From a virus, in the IMG/VR virus record IMGVR_UViG_3300035557_000069: 64,000 nt of DNA; one strand, given 5' to 3'. Of this stretch, positions 38,026-47,080 are shown in pieces. A model generated the notes under the pieces. It ran no database searches. It was not told the origin of the DNA and saw only the letters and a program-made list of their open reading frames with translations. Position 1 is the first letter of the stretch. Each line of letters begins with the position of its first letter. Position numbers and translations under genes: made by a program.

Positions 38026-38334
38026 TTACGACTCTAGCTTGTCAATTATTGACAACATCTTTTTGGCAACTTCTGTTTGTACTTCAATTGAGGGTCCCTT
38101 TTCACACCGATAGATGGAAGTGAGAACCTCAAGGTTACGCCGATACATCTCCTGCTCTGCTACTTTCTTATTAAGGGGAATCCAGATTTCCCTCTCTTCC
38201 ATGTCTTTTGCATGGGTCTCTGTTGCTTGTTTGAGGTTGTGTTCCTCAAATTGTAATTCCAACGATTTTTGTTCCATATAGTACCTTTCTATTCTTCGTC
38301 TTCCCCAACGAAGTTCATAGGGGCTACTTCCCAC
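38026..38334 (-). CDS. Hypothetical protein, 102 aa.
   Basis: ORF track. Confidence 0.35.
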   Translation of the reverse strand: MGSSPYELRWGRRRIERYYMEQKSLELQFEEHNLKQATETHAKDMEEREIWIPLNKKVAEQEMYRRNLEVLTSIYRCEKGPSIEVQTEVAKKMLSIIDKLES

Positions 38335-38345
38335 ACCGTATATAG

Positions 38346-38627
38346 CTATTTTGGTAAAGTCTCTGGATTGAAGGTTGGAGTCCCGAACAACAGTCGCTTG
38401 TATTCACCTTCATAGTATTGCGCATTCTCTCTAAGCTGTTTGTTCATCTCCCGAAGTTCTTCTAGCTTTTCGATGACTTCCCTAATAGTATCGACATTGT
38501 ACGTTTGGAGGAGCATCAAGGGTACGTCTTTACCCTTGTAACATTGATTCGTTGTATGGTTACAACGGAATTTCAGTATAGCAATGATTTCATTTATCAA
38601 TGGACAAGTCTGTTCCACTTTGTTCAT
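38346..38627 (-). CDS. Hypothetical protein, 93 aa.
   Basis: ORF track. Confidence 0.35.
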   Translation of the reverse strand: MNKVEQTCPLINEIIAILKFRCNHTTNQCYKGKDVPLMLLQTYNVDTIREVIEKLEELREMNKQLRENAQYYEGEYKRLLFGTPTFNPETLPK

Positions 38628-38961
38628 CTTTACTCTGCTTTCGTCTGGGATACATGGGAGGTTCTGGAAAGTACATCCAGTGTGTAATCTCTTCTAGAAC
38701 AGGCATCCAAGAAACACCACCCTTCATACTAATGGTCATCTGAATGAAGTCACATTCTGGTGCCTCGGGAGAGTCATAGTATTCGGAGATGGGATTACCG
38801 TTTCTGTCCTTAGTCTTTGAGTAGTGACCAGCGCGGACAGTGTAACCTTTGCCGGGTCTAATCTCTTCATAAACGTGGTCGAACTCGGCTACTAATACGG
38901 AGACGCCGTACTTGCCCTCAGGGATTTCAGGCAGTCTCTTACTAACGGGAATCCATCTCAT
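38590..38961 (-). CDS. Hypothetical protein, 123 aa.
   Basis: ORF track. Confidence 0.35.
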   Translation of the reverse strand: MRWIPVSKRLPEIPEGKYGVSVLVAEFDHVYEEIRPGKGYTVRAGHYSKTKDRNGNPISEYYDSPEAPECDFIQMTISMKGGVSWMPVLEEITHWMYFPEPPMYPRRKQSKDEQSGTDLSIDK

Positions 38962-39213
38962 TTATTTGAACCTCAGAATGCCCATCGGTGTTATGTCTGA
39001 AAGTGTGAACTCCTCTAAAAACCTATCTCTTTCGGTATCAGTAACTATGACGACCTGCCAGCCCGCGGGCTCCGTGCGTGGTACCATTACGAATGATAGA
39101 CGATCCCCCTCTTGATAGACTCTACCAAATACCGAACGTGACTGCATCGCTACCGCTTGCTCCTTCAACAGAGGAGCGCCGAACTTAGTATCAAGAATAT
39201 GTTCTGTTTTCAT
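38962..39213 (-). CDS. Hypothetical protein, 83 aa.
   Basis: ORF track. Confidence 0.35.
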   Translation of the reverse strand: MKTEHILDTKFGAPLLKEQAVAMQSRSVFGRVYQEGDRLSFVMVPRTEPAGWQVVIVTDTERDRFLEEFTLSDITPMGILRFK

Positions 39214-39214
39214 A

Positions 39215-39826
39215 TTAGTCCCACCAACCCCTCATATGCCCGAGATTTTTAATGAACAGCTTCCAGACCTTTTCGTCCATCGCCGCCGCCTTGTACATAC
39301 CGACGCGATACTCCTCATTCTGCTCTTCGGTACGTTTATCTATAAGAGAGTATAACACCGGAATACCATAGGAGTCAACCTGGCAGACCTCACTTTCTAA
39401 GTCATTCTTGACGCCATGCTTCTCTTGCATCTCAAGATAGTTCTTCACAGCATATGTTTCGTCGCGGTGCATTTCAAGCAATCTACGGGTCCATTTGATT
39501 CGCTTGGCGTCTCTCTTGGCACTAGCAGACATAGTATTGGGACCCTCAAAGAACCGTTGCATTTCTTCAAGTTGTTTGTCCATAATCCGTAGCAGATAGT
39601 CGTGGTCAAAAACATCAGTGTTCCAGATGATACCCTTCCAAATCCAGAAGTTACGAACACCGCGCTTCAAGGCGTACCAAGGATGAAACACCAACTCGTC
39701 CCAGATTTTACACCAGTGTCTATAAGCGTCCTGCTTAGATGCTTTTCTGGACGGGTGTTTCAAGAGAACGAATAGTTCCTCAAACATCCACTTGAACTCA
39801 TACCATGCCCTTCTGATTGCGCCCAT
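39215..39826 (-). CDS. Trp-rich hypothetical protein, 203 aa.
   Basis: ORF track. Confidence 0.4.
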   Translation of the reverse strand: MGAIRRAWYEFKWMFEELFVLLKHPSRKASKQDAYRHWCKIWDELVFHPWYALKRGVRNFWIWKGIIWNTDVFDHDYLLRIMDKQLEEMQRFFEGPNTMSASAKRDAKRIKWTRRLLEMHRDETYAVKNYLEMQEKHGVKNDLESEVCQVDSYGIPVLYSLIDKRTEEQNEEYRVGMYKAAAMDEKVWKLFIKNLGHMRGWWD

Positions 39827-39962
39827 TTATTTTTGCCTTCCATTAACTTTTTTTAAGAAAAACTAGTGAAATGTTACTATATAATAATGAGAGAACATTA
39901 ACAATCATTAACGAAAGGGAACCACCATGTTCACTAAAAAGTTCAAAGACTATCTCCGCGAC

Positions 39963-40805
39963 TCATACATCATTGTCATCCTGATTATCTTGGGTGCATT
40001 TGCAACCATCAGCGCAATCCTCATAGCCTGGCCCGCAATCGCATATCTTGGTGCGAAACTGTTCTAATTGACCAAAGCGTTTCTCAAAGCCGGGAGTGTT
40101 CTGTCCTAGCTTGAGAACGTCCCAATACAGACCAACAACGTTGTCCAAGAACTGGTCATCATAGTGCATATGCCCATGGTACCACTTTTTGAAGCCCGAA
40201 TTGTTTCTGATTTCAAGAAACATATCATTCAAATGTTGCGCAACCAAGTCCCCCGTCTTAGCACTTGAAGACTCAAACGGACTCATACGTGGCATGGCTC
40301 TCAGAGGTGGTACATGGGTGATGACATAGTTGATGGCCTTACTGCTCCGAATGTTGCTCCAAGCGAGGTCTAGTTCCTGCTCGTTAGGATACTCTCTAGC
40401 CCACCAAGAGATATCTTCGGTGCGGTATTGCTTGTCAATAGACAGACCACCACCAAACACGAATACAGTATCATCACCAAACGTGTAAATGTTTCCACGA
40501 CGAAGATGATAGATTTCACCCCTTTCGGTCTTGACTACACCGACCGGTCCACCGAACTTCTCTTCAACTTCGAGGCGGTCAACCATATCGAAGTTCTCAT
40601 GGTTGCCGTCCACGAAGCAAGTGGTCCAAGGCTTCTCAGCCAGCCAATCCAACCAGTATCGTTCTTCCTTTGTATTAGCCCAAAGACCACCGAAGTCGCC
40701 AGCAATGATGACAACATCCTCTTTAGTCAAAAGGGTGCCTTGTGGAAAGTTGTCTGTGGTGAATCTATGAAAATCACCATGTGTGTCGCCTGTAATGTAG
40801 ACCAT
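39963..40805 (-). CDS. Calcineurin-like metallophosphoesterase with a Cys-rich C-terminal tail, 280 aa.
   Basis: Metallophosphatase motifs GDTHGD, GDFGG, GNHE and GHMHY. Confidence 0.7.
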   Translation of the reverse strand: MVYITGDTHGDFHRFTTDNFPQGTLLTKEDVVIIAGDFGGLWANTKEERYWLDWLAEKPWTTCFVDGNHENFDMVDRLEVEEKFGGPVGVVKTERGEIYHLRRGNIYTFGDDTVFVFGGGLSIDKQYRTEDISWWAREYPNEQELDLAWSNIRSSKAINYVITHVPPLRAMPRMSPFESSSAKTGDLVAQHLNDMFLEIRNNSGFKKWYHGHMHYDDQFLDNVVGLYWDVLKLGQNTPGFEKRFGQLEQFRTKICDCGPGYEDCADGCKCTQDNQDDNDV

Positions 40806-40806
40806 A

Positions 40807-41430
40807 TTAGTTAATCCATTTCAGAGTGGTGTTACCCTTAAATCCCTTTTCCCAGACAAACCAAGCATAACAGACAGCAGAGCCGCCATCATCGTCTGGT
40901 AGAAACTCACCGTTCTTCCTACAAGCAATCCTTGATGATGAAACATAGATTGTCTTGGGTGGTGCGTGTTCAAACAACATCTTTCGTTTCTTACCCTCAC
41001 AGAAGGTCAGCTTTAGAAACATCGCTACCTTGTAACCGGGTGCCACGATATCCAACGACCTCTCTATAAACTCTTGAGCGAACTTATAGGGTGGGTTGGT
41101 GATAATGTGTATCTTCTGATTGAGGTCAACATCAAAGTCAAACGTGTAAAGGAAGTCCCGAACTTCATCCAACTTGAATGTGCGTTCAATGATATCTGTA
41201 GCCTTGACTTCATAACCCTTTTCGCGAAAGACGTTGACTAGATGCCCCTCTCCAGCCGCGGGTTCCCAAATTGGCCCATTGAACTCCTCCACTTGAAGTA
41301 GAATTTCCGCCGCTATTGGATCTGTAGCATAAAAGTCTCTTAACTCTCTTTCCTCGTCCGTATGCGAGGACGCGCCAAGCGTTGTATAAATCGCTCGGCG
41401 ACCTGAACCTACCCAGTCTTTCTTACTCAT
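40807..41430 (-). CDS. DNA methyltransferase with an NPPY catalytic motif, probably N6-adenine, 207 aa.
   Basis: SAM-binding EPAAGEGHL and catalytic ITNPPY. Confidence 0.65.
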   Translation of the reverse strand: MSKKDWVGSGRRAIYTTLGASSHTDEERELRDFYATDPIAAEILLQVEEFNGPIWEPAAGEGHLVNVFREKGYEVKATDIIERTFKLDEVRDFLYTFDFDVDLNQKIHIITNPPYKFAQEFIERSLDIVAPGYKVAMFLKLTFCEGKKRKMLFEHAPPKTIYVSSSRIACRKNGEFLPDDDGGSAVCYAWFVWEKGFKGNTTLKWIN

Positions 41431-41711
41431 GCAAGTGCGTTAGCAATCCTATCTTTCAGTTCTTGGTTCTCTTTGCGTAAGCGTTGAACCTCTTCGACCC
41501 ACCATGGATTAGGTGATACCATATTGTGCCTACAAGCGGGGTTCTTACAGAAGAACGATGCCCTGTCCCACATTGCACCCCATACCTCTGTTTCCTTGGC
41601 ATAGAGTGCTTTCTTGGTAAGCATATGTAGATACTTAGCATCAGTGACAATGGAAATATCCACCATCATACTAACATTTTCTGTACTACATTTAGGGCAT
41701 TTAAATCCCAT
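41427..41711 (-). CDS. Zinc-ribbon protein, 94 aa.
   Basis: CPKCS ... C..NPAC pattern. Confidence 0.4.
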   Translation of the reverse strand: MGFKCPKCSTENVSMMVDISIVTDAKYLHMLTKKALYAKETEVWGAMWDRASFFCKNPACRHNMVSPNPWWVEEVQRLRKENQELKDRIANALA

Positions 41712-41713
41712 AA

Positions 41714-41983
41714 CTATTCTTCCGTTTTATACATAATCTGGTCTTCTCGTTCATCCAGAAAGTATATCAATTCACGCGCTTCCCTGTATATTCTCATAGT
41801 TGTCACCATAGAACACGATTGTTTTGTGTGTTTTCTTTCGAATGCATCAACCATTGCGCGAGTGACCTCACAATGGTTCACGGTCTTACAGGACAAAATA
41901 GTCTTGAGAACTTTCCTGGCGTCCAACTTGATTTCATCTGTTTTAAAGAACATACTATCTCCTAGTTGAATTGAGACTGCCAT
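41714..41983 (-). CDS. Hypothetical protein, 89 aa.
   Basis: ORF track. Confidence 0.4.
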   Translation of the reverse strand: MAVSIQLGDSMFFKTDEIKLDARKVLKTILSCKTVNHCEVTRAMVDAFERKHTKQSCSMVTTMRIYREARELIYFLDEREDQIMYKTEE

Positions 41984-42090
41984 AGAAAGTCTTGATATTC
42001 GTTCTCGAGGAGTTCCAAGAAGAACGTATCGATTTCATCAATGGCGGCAAGTTCGCCACGCTCGTCCTCCGAGAGATATGTATCTTCCAA
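41962..42090 (-). CDS. Unlisted acidic mini-ORF of 42 aa with a TTG start (LEDTYLSEDERGELAAIDEIDTFFLELLENEYQDFLWQSQFN).
   Basis: Read from the sequence. AAGGAG sits 7 nt upstream of TTG. Protein-like composition. Confidence 0.3.
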   Translation of the reverse strand: MEDTYLSEDERGELAAIDEIDTFFLELLENEYQDFLWQSQFN

Positions 42091-42092
42091 GA

Positions 42093-42281
42093 TTAGACTC
42101 CTTCGTAAACGATTTCGTTAGAACGACCGCTTTCTTTGCCGAGGTAGTAGGCGAACATATCAGCATGGGCCAAGGCGGAACGACCGTGGAAGTCTGCTTT
42201 CGCCGTGATTTCTTCGCCCTTGGTGACCAGCACAACAACAGCCTCGGGGGAGATTTTCTTGACCAGAATCATCTTAGGCAA
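42093..42281 (-). CDS. Hypothetical protein, 62 aa.
   Basis: ORF track. Preferred over the overlapping basic ORF 42038-42238. Confidence 0.35.
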   Translation of the reverse strand: MPKMILVKKISPEAVVVLVTKGEEITAKADFHGRSALAHADMFAYYLGKESGRSNEIVYEGV

Positions 42282-42633
42282 TTCCTTTCAGGTAGCCGTA
42301 GGGGAGATTGTAGGTGTATTCGAAGTAGTCATCATCGTGCATCAAGTATTCATCGTTTTCAGCTTGACGGAGCCAGCGAAGAGCAGTCGCTTTGTCTTCC
42401 GCACCCGAGGCGATCATGGTGGTCAAGAGAACTTCGAAGCGATTGACCGCCTCGTTCCGCATTTCCTTTTCGCGTTCGATTTCCGCGTCAAGGTCGACCA
42501 GAAGAGCGTCCCAGATGGCTTGCTTCTCTTCCGGTGTCGCATCATCAGCATAGAAGCGACCACCACGGGGACGAAAGCCATAAGCATCTTTGTGGAGGTC
42601 AGAGTAGATGTTTTCGTCGTAGGTGAAAGTCAT
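42274..42633 (-). CDS. Hypothetical protein, 119 aa.
   Basis: ORF track. Confidence 0.45.
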   Translation of the reverse strand: MTFTYDENIYSDLHKDAYGFRPRGGRFYADDATPEEKQAIWDALLVDLDAEIEREKEMRNEAVNRFEVLLTTMIASGAEDKATALRWLRQAENDEYLMHDDDYFEYTYNLPYGYLKGIA

Positions 42634-42635
42634 TA

Positions 42636-42722
42636 CTTGCTCACTTTCGCTTTAGCCGGGAGGTAGGAAAGAAGACAGGGAATGAAGAAGCCGAGCAACA
42701 TCACGATTTCGTATTTCATAGA
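42636..42722 (-). CDS. Hydrophobic peptide of 28 aa (MKYEIVMLLGFFIPCLLSYLPAKAKVSK). It is the first gene after a PeSL-type promoter.
   Basis: Read from the sequence. AAGGAG sits 6 nt upstream. Confidence 0.3.
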
Positions 42723-42781
42723 GTCTCCTTGGTTAGCGTCGATTACAGATACATCTTACACCAACCAAGAAGTTGTGTCAA
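42723..42781 (-). promoter_or_regulatory. Early promoter cassette of the PeSL-like family: -35 TTGACA (42776-42781), N17, -10 TAAGAT (42753-42758).
   Basis: Minus strand reads TTGACAcaacttcttggttggtgTAAGATgtatctgtaatcgacgctaaccAAGGAGactctATG. Confidence 0.6.
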
Positions 42782-42784
42782 CAC

Positions 42785-43132
42785 TTATTTTTGTTCGGGA
42801 CGTGTTTTCATCATTTTTTCTGCGATTGTCCAAGCTAACTTACAACGGTCTTCGTTGTTGCCCGCTCCAGCATAGTCTTTGTAGCAAGAGAGAATGCCTT
42901 GGAGGGCGCCTAGGGCGAACTGGTCCCTGAGGCGGGTTTCATACTGCTCTTGATTCAACTCATGGTTCTTCCGATTGCGTTCGGCTTCCTCTTCCGCCAG
43001 CACCATCAGCTTGTCAACCATTTCGCCCAAGAGACGCCTGTTCTGCTCCTCAAGGCGCTTGGCATGGGCTTCATTCAAACGATTAATCTCTTCAATGTAT
43101 CTGTCAAGGTCAGTCACGGGGATCCTCCTCAC
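42785..43132 (-). CDS. Hypothetical protein, 115 aa.
   Basis: ORF track. Confidence 0.4.
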   Translation of the reverse strand: MRRIPVTDLDRYIEEINRLNEAHAKRLEEQNRRLLGEMVDKLMVLAEEEAERNRKNHELNQEQYETRLRDQFALGALQGILSCYKDYAGAGNNEDRCKLAWTIAEKMMKTRPEQK

Positions 43133-43334
43133 CGGGTTCCAGTTTCTCTTCCAAGAGGTTTACACCCCTTCGCATCATATGAACTTCTGTAGCCCAAGGA
43201 TAGTGTTTTAAACAACCTAGTGCCCGTTGTCTAATCGTCTTGGGTATTCTGGGGTATTTGGTGAAGTCGGCAATGTCATAAAGAAACTGCCTGACTTCAT
43301 CAATAGACCTTGCTCTTTCCGCGGGTGTTGTCAT
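43110..43334 (-). CDS. Hypothetical protein, 74 aa.
   Basis: ORF track. Confidence 0.35.
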   Translation of the reverse strand: MTTPAERARSIDEVRQFLYDIADFTKYPRIPKTIRQRALGCLKHYPWATEVHMMRRGVNLLEEKLEPGEEDPRD

Positions 43335-43924
43335 TGTTCACCCTTCTGTTCCAACAACTCAATCCGCTTGTTCAAGTACCACTGGGCTTTCTTAAGGTCT
43401 TCAAGATACTTGTTCGGGTCTTTCTTACCAGCCCGAGAAACGTACTTGATGACGTTGCCGAGAAAGTAGTCCTTGTCCAATCCCCAAGCAATGATGACCT
43501 TAACTGTCTCATAGACGTTGTTGATGCCGCCGTAGTGCGCGGGACTATTGACTGGATCAGTTGCGATAATATCTTTACCTGCCCAACTTGCGGAGGGCTT
43601 TTGTGCTTGACTCATAGAGTATATACGCTCCTTATATCTGTAGTATTCTTCAAACTTCAAAGCCGAGGGTCCGACTAAATCAAAAGAACTGATAATGTGT
43701 TCTAAACCATACTCAAAAATGTCCATGTAGTGGCCAAAATCTACGAGACTATGGGCCATCAACAGATCGTTATCGTAAAAGAAATCATTTGCCTCATTGT
43801 AGCAAATGACATGGTCCCCGTTATAGAGAATGGTATCACATCGTTTATCTATAAACTCAGTAAGTGCATACTCTAAACAGTTCATTGTTTCCTCACACAG
43901 GCGGGGCAAGCAACATACAACCAT
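43331..43924 (-). CDS. DUF3310-type phage protein, 197 aa.
   Basis: The C-terminal half SPAHYGGINNVYETVKVIIAWGLDKDYFLGNVIKYVSRAGKK...DLKKAQWYL matches the DUF3310 signature. Confidence 0.5.
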   Translation of the reverse strand: MVVCCLPRLCEETMNCLEYALTEFIDKRCDTILYNGDHVICYNEANDFFYDNDLLMAHSLVDFGHYMDIFEYGLEHIISSFDLVGPSALKFEEYYRYKERIYSMSQAQKPSASWAGKDIIATDPVNSPAHYGGINNVYETVKVIIAWGLDKDYFLGNVIKYVSRAGKKDPNKYLEDLKKAQWYLNKRIELLEQKGEQ

Positions 43925-44295
43925 CCACCCTTTTGCATCGTTCCACGTTCGCCGCAGTTCTCACACGTTATAGCTGAAAGAGAGGATGCCATATCGATAA
44001 CACCAGCGGTGTATTCATCACCGCCGTTGTAATATATTCGCAAGGTGCCGAACTTCTCTTTGACTTGAACAAAGACCACGGGCATGTACTCGGTGGTGTC
44101 AACACCACTTTCCTTATACCGCGTCTTCCACTTTTCGTGTTGGGCTATACAGTCGCAAGCATTCCAGAGAATATCAAACCAACCATCACCATGAGTACAT
44201 CCCCAACACATACACGTTTCTTGGGGTGTCTTTTCGTGTTGCTGAAAGATAGATGGAAACTCTTTGTATAACTTTTCTTCTAGTTCTTTTCTCAC
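43882..44295 (-). CDS. Cys-rich hypothetical protein, 137 aa.
   Basis: CMCWGC ... CDC ... CENCG ... CPAC. Confidence 0.4.
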   Translation of the reverse strand: MRKELEEKLYKEFPSIFQQHEKTPQETCMCWGCTHGDGWFDILWNACDCIAQHEKWKTRYKESGVDTTEYMPVVFVQVKEKFGTLRIYYNGGDEYTAGVIDMASSLSAITCENCGERGTMQKGGWLYVACPACVRKQ

Positions 44296-44573
44296 TTGTA
44301 TTCCTCGCTGATACGGAATGAATGAATCAAGTCCCGCCGCACGGTGTAACTGCCCTTATTGTAAGGGATAGTGAATGTCGGGGATTGAGGTCGACAATGA
44401 TACCATTTGACGAAATCCCTCCACGGCAACGCCAACGAACCCCTCTCAGGCACTTTGCAGGCATAGCTAACTGTAGAACCCACCGTGAAAAATATGTACA
44501 GGGCAGATTCGCGTTGTCTAACTATCGGACTCGCTACAGGACCGTCTTTCTTCTTGGGTGGCCAGAGTGCCAT
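44292..44573 (-). CDS. Hypothetical protein that probably starts at the internal Met (MALWPP...), ~93 aa.
   Basis: The track ORF (to 44669) overlaps the next ORF by 150 nt, and its N-terminal 32 residues are low-complexity. Confidence 0.3.
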   Translation of the reverse strand: MALWPPKKKDGPVASPIVRQRESALYIFFTVGSTVSYACKVPERGSLALPWRDFVKWYHCRPQSPTFTIPYNKGSYTVRRDLIHSFRISEEYK

Positions 44574-44778
44574 CAGTTTTCTCCTCAATGAAGGTTTCAA
44601 GTGCTTTGATGACTGCCCACTCAATGAGCAGTTCATTAAGTTTCTGTTCTGGTATGTTACGCTTGGCAAAGTCGAGTAGCGCGTTGTACTCTTCCTCCGT
44701 GAAGTCGCATTCCCAGTTGACTGTTGCCGACTCTGTTTCCTTTAGTATTTCCATGATATTCCTAATGCAGAAGCGCAC
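44518..44778 (-). CDS. Hypothetical acidic protein, 86 aa.
   Basis: ORF track. Confidence 0.35.
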   Translation of the reverse strand: MRFCIRNIMEILKETESATVNWECDFTEEEYNALLDFAKRNIPEQKLNELLIEWAVIKALETFIEEKTDGTLATQEERRSCSESDS

Positions 44779-45035
44779 CGAAATCGGTCGTTCTTTTTAA
44801 ACAGATGGTCATTTAGCTTGAACTCTTTCAAGACGTAATCACCATTCCAGCCACCTTCCCAAGTCTGAATGAACCCGGTTTCTTTGAGATACATTCGGAG
44901 GGCATGGAAGGCGGGATGGTCCACCTGCGTCTGTGTTGTGCAGAATGTTCCTAGACAATCCGTGTATCCATATTCAACGGTCACGGAAGTTAGGAACTCG
45001 GGTCTAACTGTGAAGATTGGTATATTCTTAGTCAT
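44742..45035 (-). CDS. Hypothetical protein, 97 aa.
   Basis: ORF track. Confidence 0.35.
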   Translation of the reverse strand: MTKNIPIFTVRPEFLTSVTVEYGYTDCLGTFCTTQTQVDHPAFHALRMYLKETGFIQTWEGGWNGDYVLKEFKLNDHLFKKNDRFRCASALGISWKY

Positions 45036-45318
45036 TGATGATTAGTACATTCACACCCAGTAGCTTGAAGCGGTCGGTCGAACCCAGAACAGCGAAGCGA
45101 TAACCAGCAACCTCACCATCGGGAGTGCGGTCAACGGTCTCAAGAAAGAATTGGACTTCCTTACCCGTCAAGTGACTTTCCAGAGTGATGGTATCAACGA
45201 ACTTACCGAAACGAAGCCCGCGTTCAACATTAAGCTTCCCGCCAGGCAACTCAGACAGTTCAGCGACGAAAGTTTTGGTGGTCGGGTTGAACGTGAACAG
45301 ACTGGTCGACAGACTCAT
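45028..45318 (-). CDS. Hypothetical protein, 96 aa.
   Basis: ORF track. Confidence 0.35.
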   Translation of the reverse strand: MSLSTSLFTFNPTTKTFVAELSELPGGKLNVERGLRFGKFVDTITLESHLTGKEVQFFLETVDRTPDGEVAGYRFAVLGSTDRFKLLGVNVLIIND

Positions 45319-45590
45319 TTCAGAAACTCCTTGATTTTGTAGTTCCAGACGGTGTATTTGGCAGTCTTGATATTCAAGTTGAAACCGTAGTTGATACGAT
45401 CATGAGCAGTTTCGTGAATGTAACTGTCAGCAAGGCCAACTTCGACCAGTTTGTCTAGACGATAGCGAGTTTGGGAAACAGTCAAACCCAAGTGTTTTGC
45501 CCAATCGCGAAGAGAAAGCGATTTGCTTTCCGCATCCTCAAAGAGAAAAACGTTTTCTCGGACGATACTTTCAACAGTAATCTTGGGCAT
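45315..45590 (-). CDS. Putative winged-helix DNA-binding protein, 91 aa.
   Basis: HTH-like LSLRDWAKHLGLTVSQTRYRLDKL. It is the first gene after a PeSL-type promoter. Confidence 0.4.
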   Translation of the reverse strand: MPKITVESIVRENVFLFEDAESKSLSLRDWAKHLGLTVSQTRYRLDKLVEVGLADSYIHETAHDRINYGFNLNIKTAKYTVWNYKIKEFLK

Positions 45591-45652
45591 TGTGTCTCCT
45601 TGGTTGGTGTCGATTACATATACATCCTACACCAACCAAGGAGAGAAGTCAA
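45591..45652 (-). promoter_or_regulatory. Early promoter cassette of the PeSL-like family: -35 TTGACT (45647-45652), N17, -10 TAGGAT (45624-45629).
   Basis: Minus strand reads TTGACTtctctccttggttggtgTAGGATgtatatgtaatcgacaCCAACCAAGGAGacacaATG. Its 12-bp inverted repeat CTCCTTGGTTGG/CCAACCAAGGAG spans the spacer and the SD. Confidence 0.6.
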
Positions 45653-45658
45653 CCATTA

Positions 45659-45892
45659 TTATATAATCAGCGGAGATTTTTCTTCTTGGGGTTCCGCCGA
45701 CCAAGGCATACGGGGGCGACCACAGCTTGCACACACGAAGATTTGGACGGGTTGCTCAATATCTTTGCTTGATCCCACCATGACTCCGGGCACTCGTTTG
45801 ATGATGACAGCATCCCCGAAATAGGGACAACCACACTCACAGGTGATGTTTTCACACTGGGAGATATCCATCTTAACCGACATTTTATCCAT
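45659..45892 (-). CDS. Zinc-ribbon protein, 77 aa.
   Basis: CEC..C ... CASCG. Confidence 0.4.
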   Translation of the reverse strand: MDKMSVKMDISQCENITCECGCPYFGDAVIIKRVPGVMVGSSKDIEQPVQIFVCASCGRPRMPWSAEPQEEKSPLII

Positions 45893-46060
45893 TTCTCAAT
45901 TCTCTTTCTATGTAATAGTGTGTTGAAATTGGCACAACAAAGAAACTAATGATATAAACAAACCAAAAGGGAATAACGTGCCACGATAGGTGCATTATGA
46001 ACAGAAAGAGAAATGCAATGATTATTCCCAAGAGTTGACAAAACATATATTCTTGCCACT

Positions 46061-46486
46061 TCATTCCAACGTCTCCCTCTCAAGCATATACGTTTTGTCA
46101 GTACAGACGATTGAGCATCTTTCCTGCTTGAACATGGTCATCAACAAATGTGCTATAGAATATGCATCATTCTTGATATGTTGAATAGACTTTGGAAATC
46201 GGGGATATTGAATGAGTTCAACACACACGCCGGGTTCTTGACCGCCTGTATAGACAAAGTTGATATCAGTTATATTGCAACCAAGACCTACTTCGTCACA
46301 ATACATCCTGACCCAATAGATAGCCTCATGATACTGATGTGTTCCTCCATTATATCCTTCTCTTCGCCCCACAAACACTCTAGCCGAAAATGTCTCACTT
46401 GTCTTCATAGGAAGGTTCTTTCTCTTGAAACTCACACGTACCTCTTTCGAGGAGGCAACCATAGTGAGAGGTATTGGGAACGTCAA
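46061..46486 (-). CDS. Hypothetical protein, 141 aa.
   Basis: ORF track. Confidence 0.4.
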   Translation of the reverse strand: MTFPIPLTMVASSKEVRVSFKRKNLPMKTSETFSARVFVGRREGYNGGTHQYHEAIYWVRMYCDEVGLGCNITDINFVYTGGQEPGVCVELIQYPRFPKSIQHIKNDAYSIAHLLMTMFKQERCSIVCTDKTYMLERETLE

Positions 46487-46737
46487 CCATCAACTCTTCT
46501 ATCAGACGTTTCTTGAACTTCTGATAGAGATATTCAATCTCGGAGTCTCTCATATACGGGAAGAGTTCTCAAGCAAGTCGGCAACGCTTGTCGTAAACGC
46601 GGCGACAATACGTCCGCGGGCTTCAATACACGCCACACTCAAACTACCGTTATATCTTGCTGGTTGAAAAGCGAGAAGTTGGTTTTCAAAGTAATTGACT
46701 GCCTTAGCAACTTCCTCTATTTGCCTTGCTGAAAGCA

Positions 46738-47070
46738 TTATAGTCCTCCTAGATACGCCACAAGCGCAATCGTTAGAATGTGTGAAATGTTATCAACGAT
46801 GATGATTGACCAAGGGTAGCAAGGTCCAGTAGCGAACTTCTCACTACCCTTGGCTTTCATAAACCACATAACAACGTTTGTTCTATCAACGATGTAGTGT
46901 TGTCCTGCGATAATTGATAGTTGCCACCAATTGAAACCACAGAACAGGAAGGGCAACATATAGGTTAAAACGTGGATGGCGCAATGAAAGCTTGAGGACT
47001 TTTTGTTTTGCGCCATCCAGTCATTCTGGATGATATAGTCCCCGATTAGATGGGCATATATCCAGTGCAT
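46738..47070 (-). CDS. Small integral membrane protein, 110 aa.
   Basis: Hydrophobic segments. ORF track. Confidence 0.45.
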   Translation of the reverse strand: MHWIYAHLIGDYIIQNDWMAQNKKSSSFHCAIHVLTYMLPFLFCGFNWWQLSIIAGQHYIVDRTNVVMWFMKAKGSEKFATGPCYPWSIIIVDNISHILTIALVAYLGGL

Positions 47071-47080
47071 AGTGTATTCC

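Noticed and set aside
42038-42238. 66-aa minus-strand ORF.
   Set aside because: It is highly basic and low-complexity, and it overlaps the more protein-like 62-aa ORF 42093-42281 in another frame.
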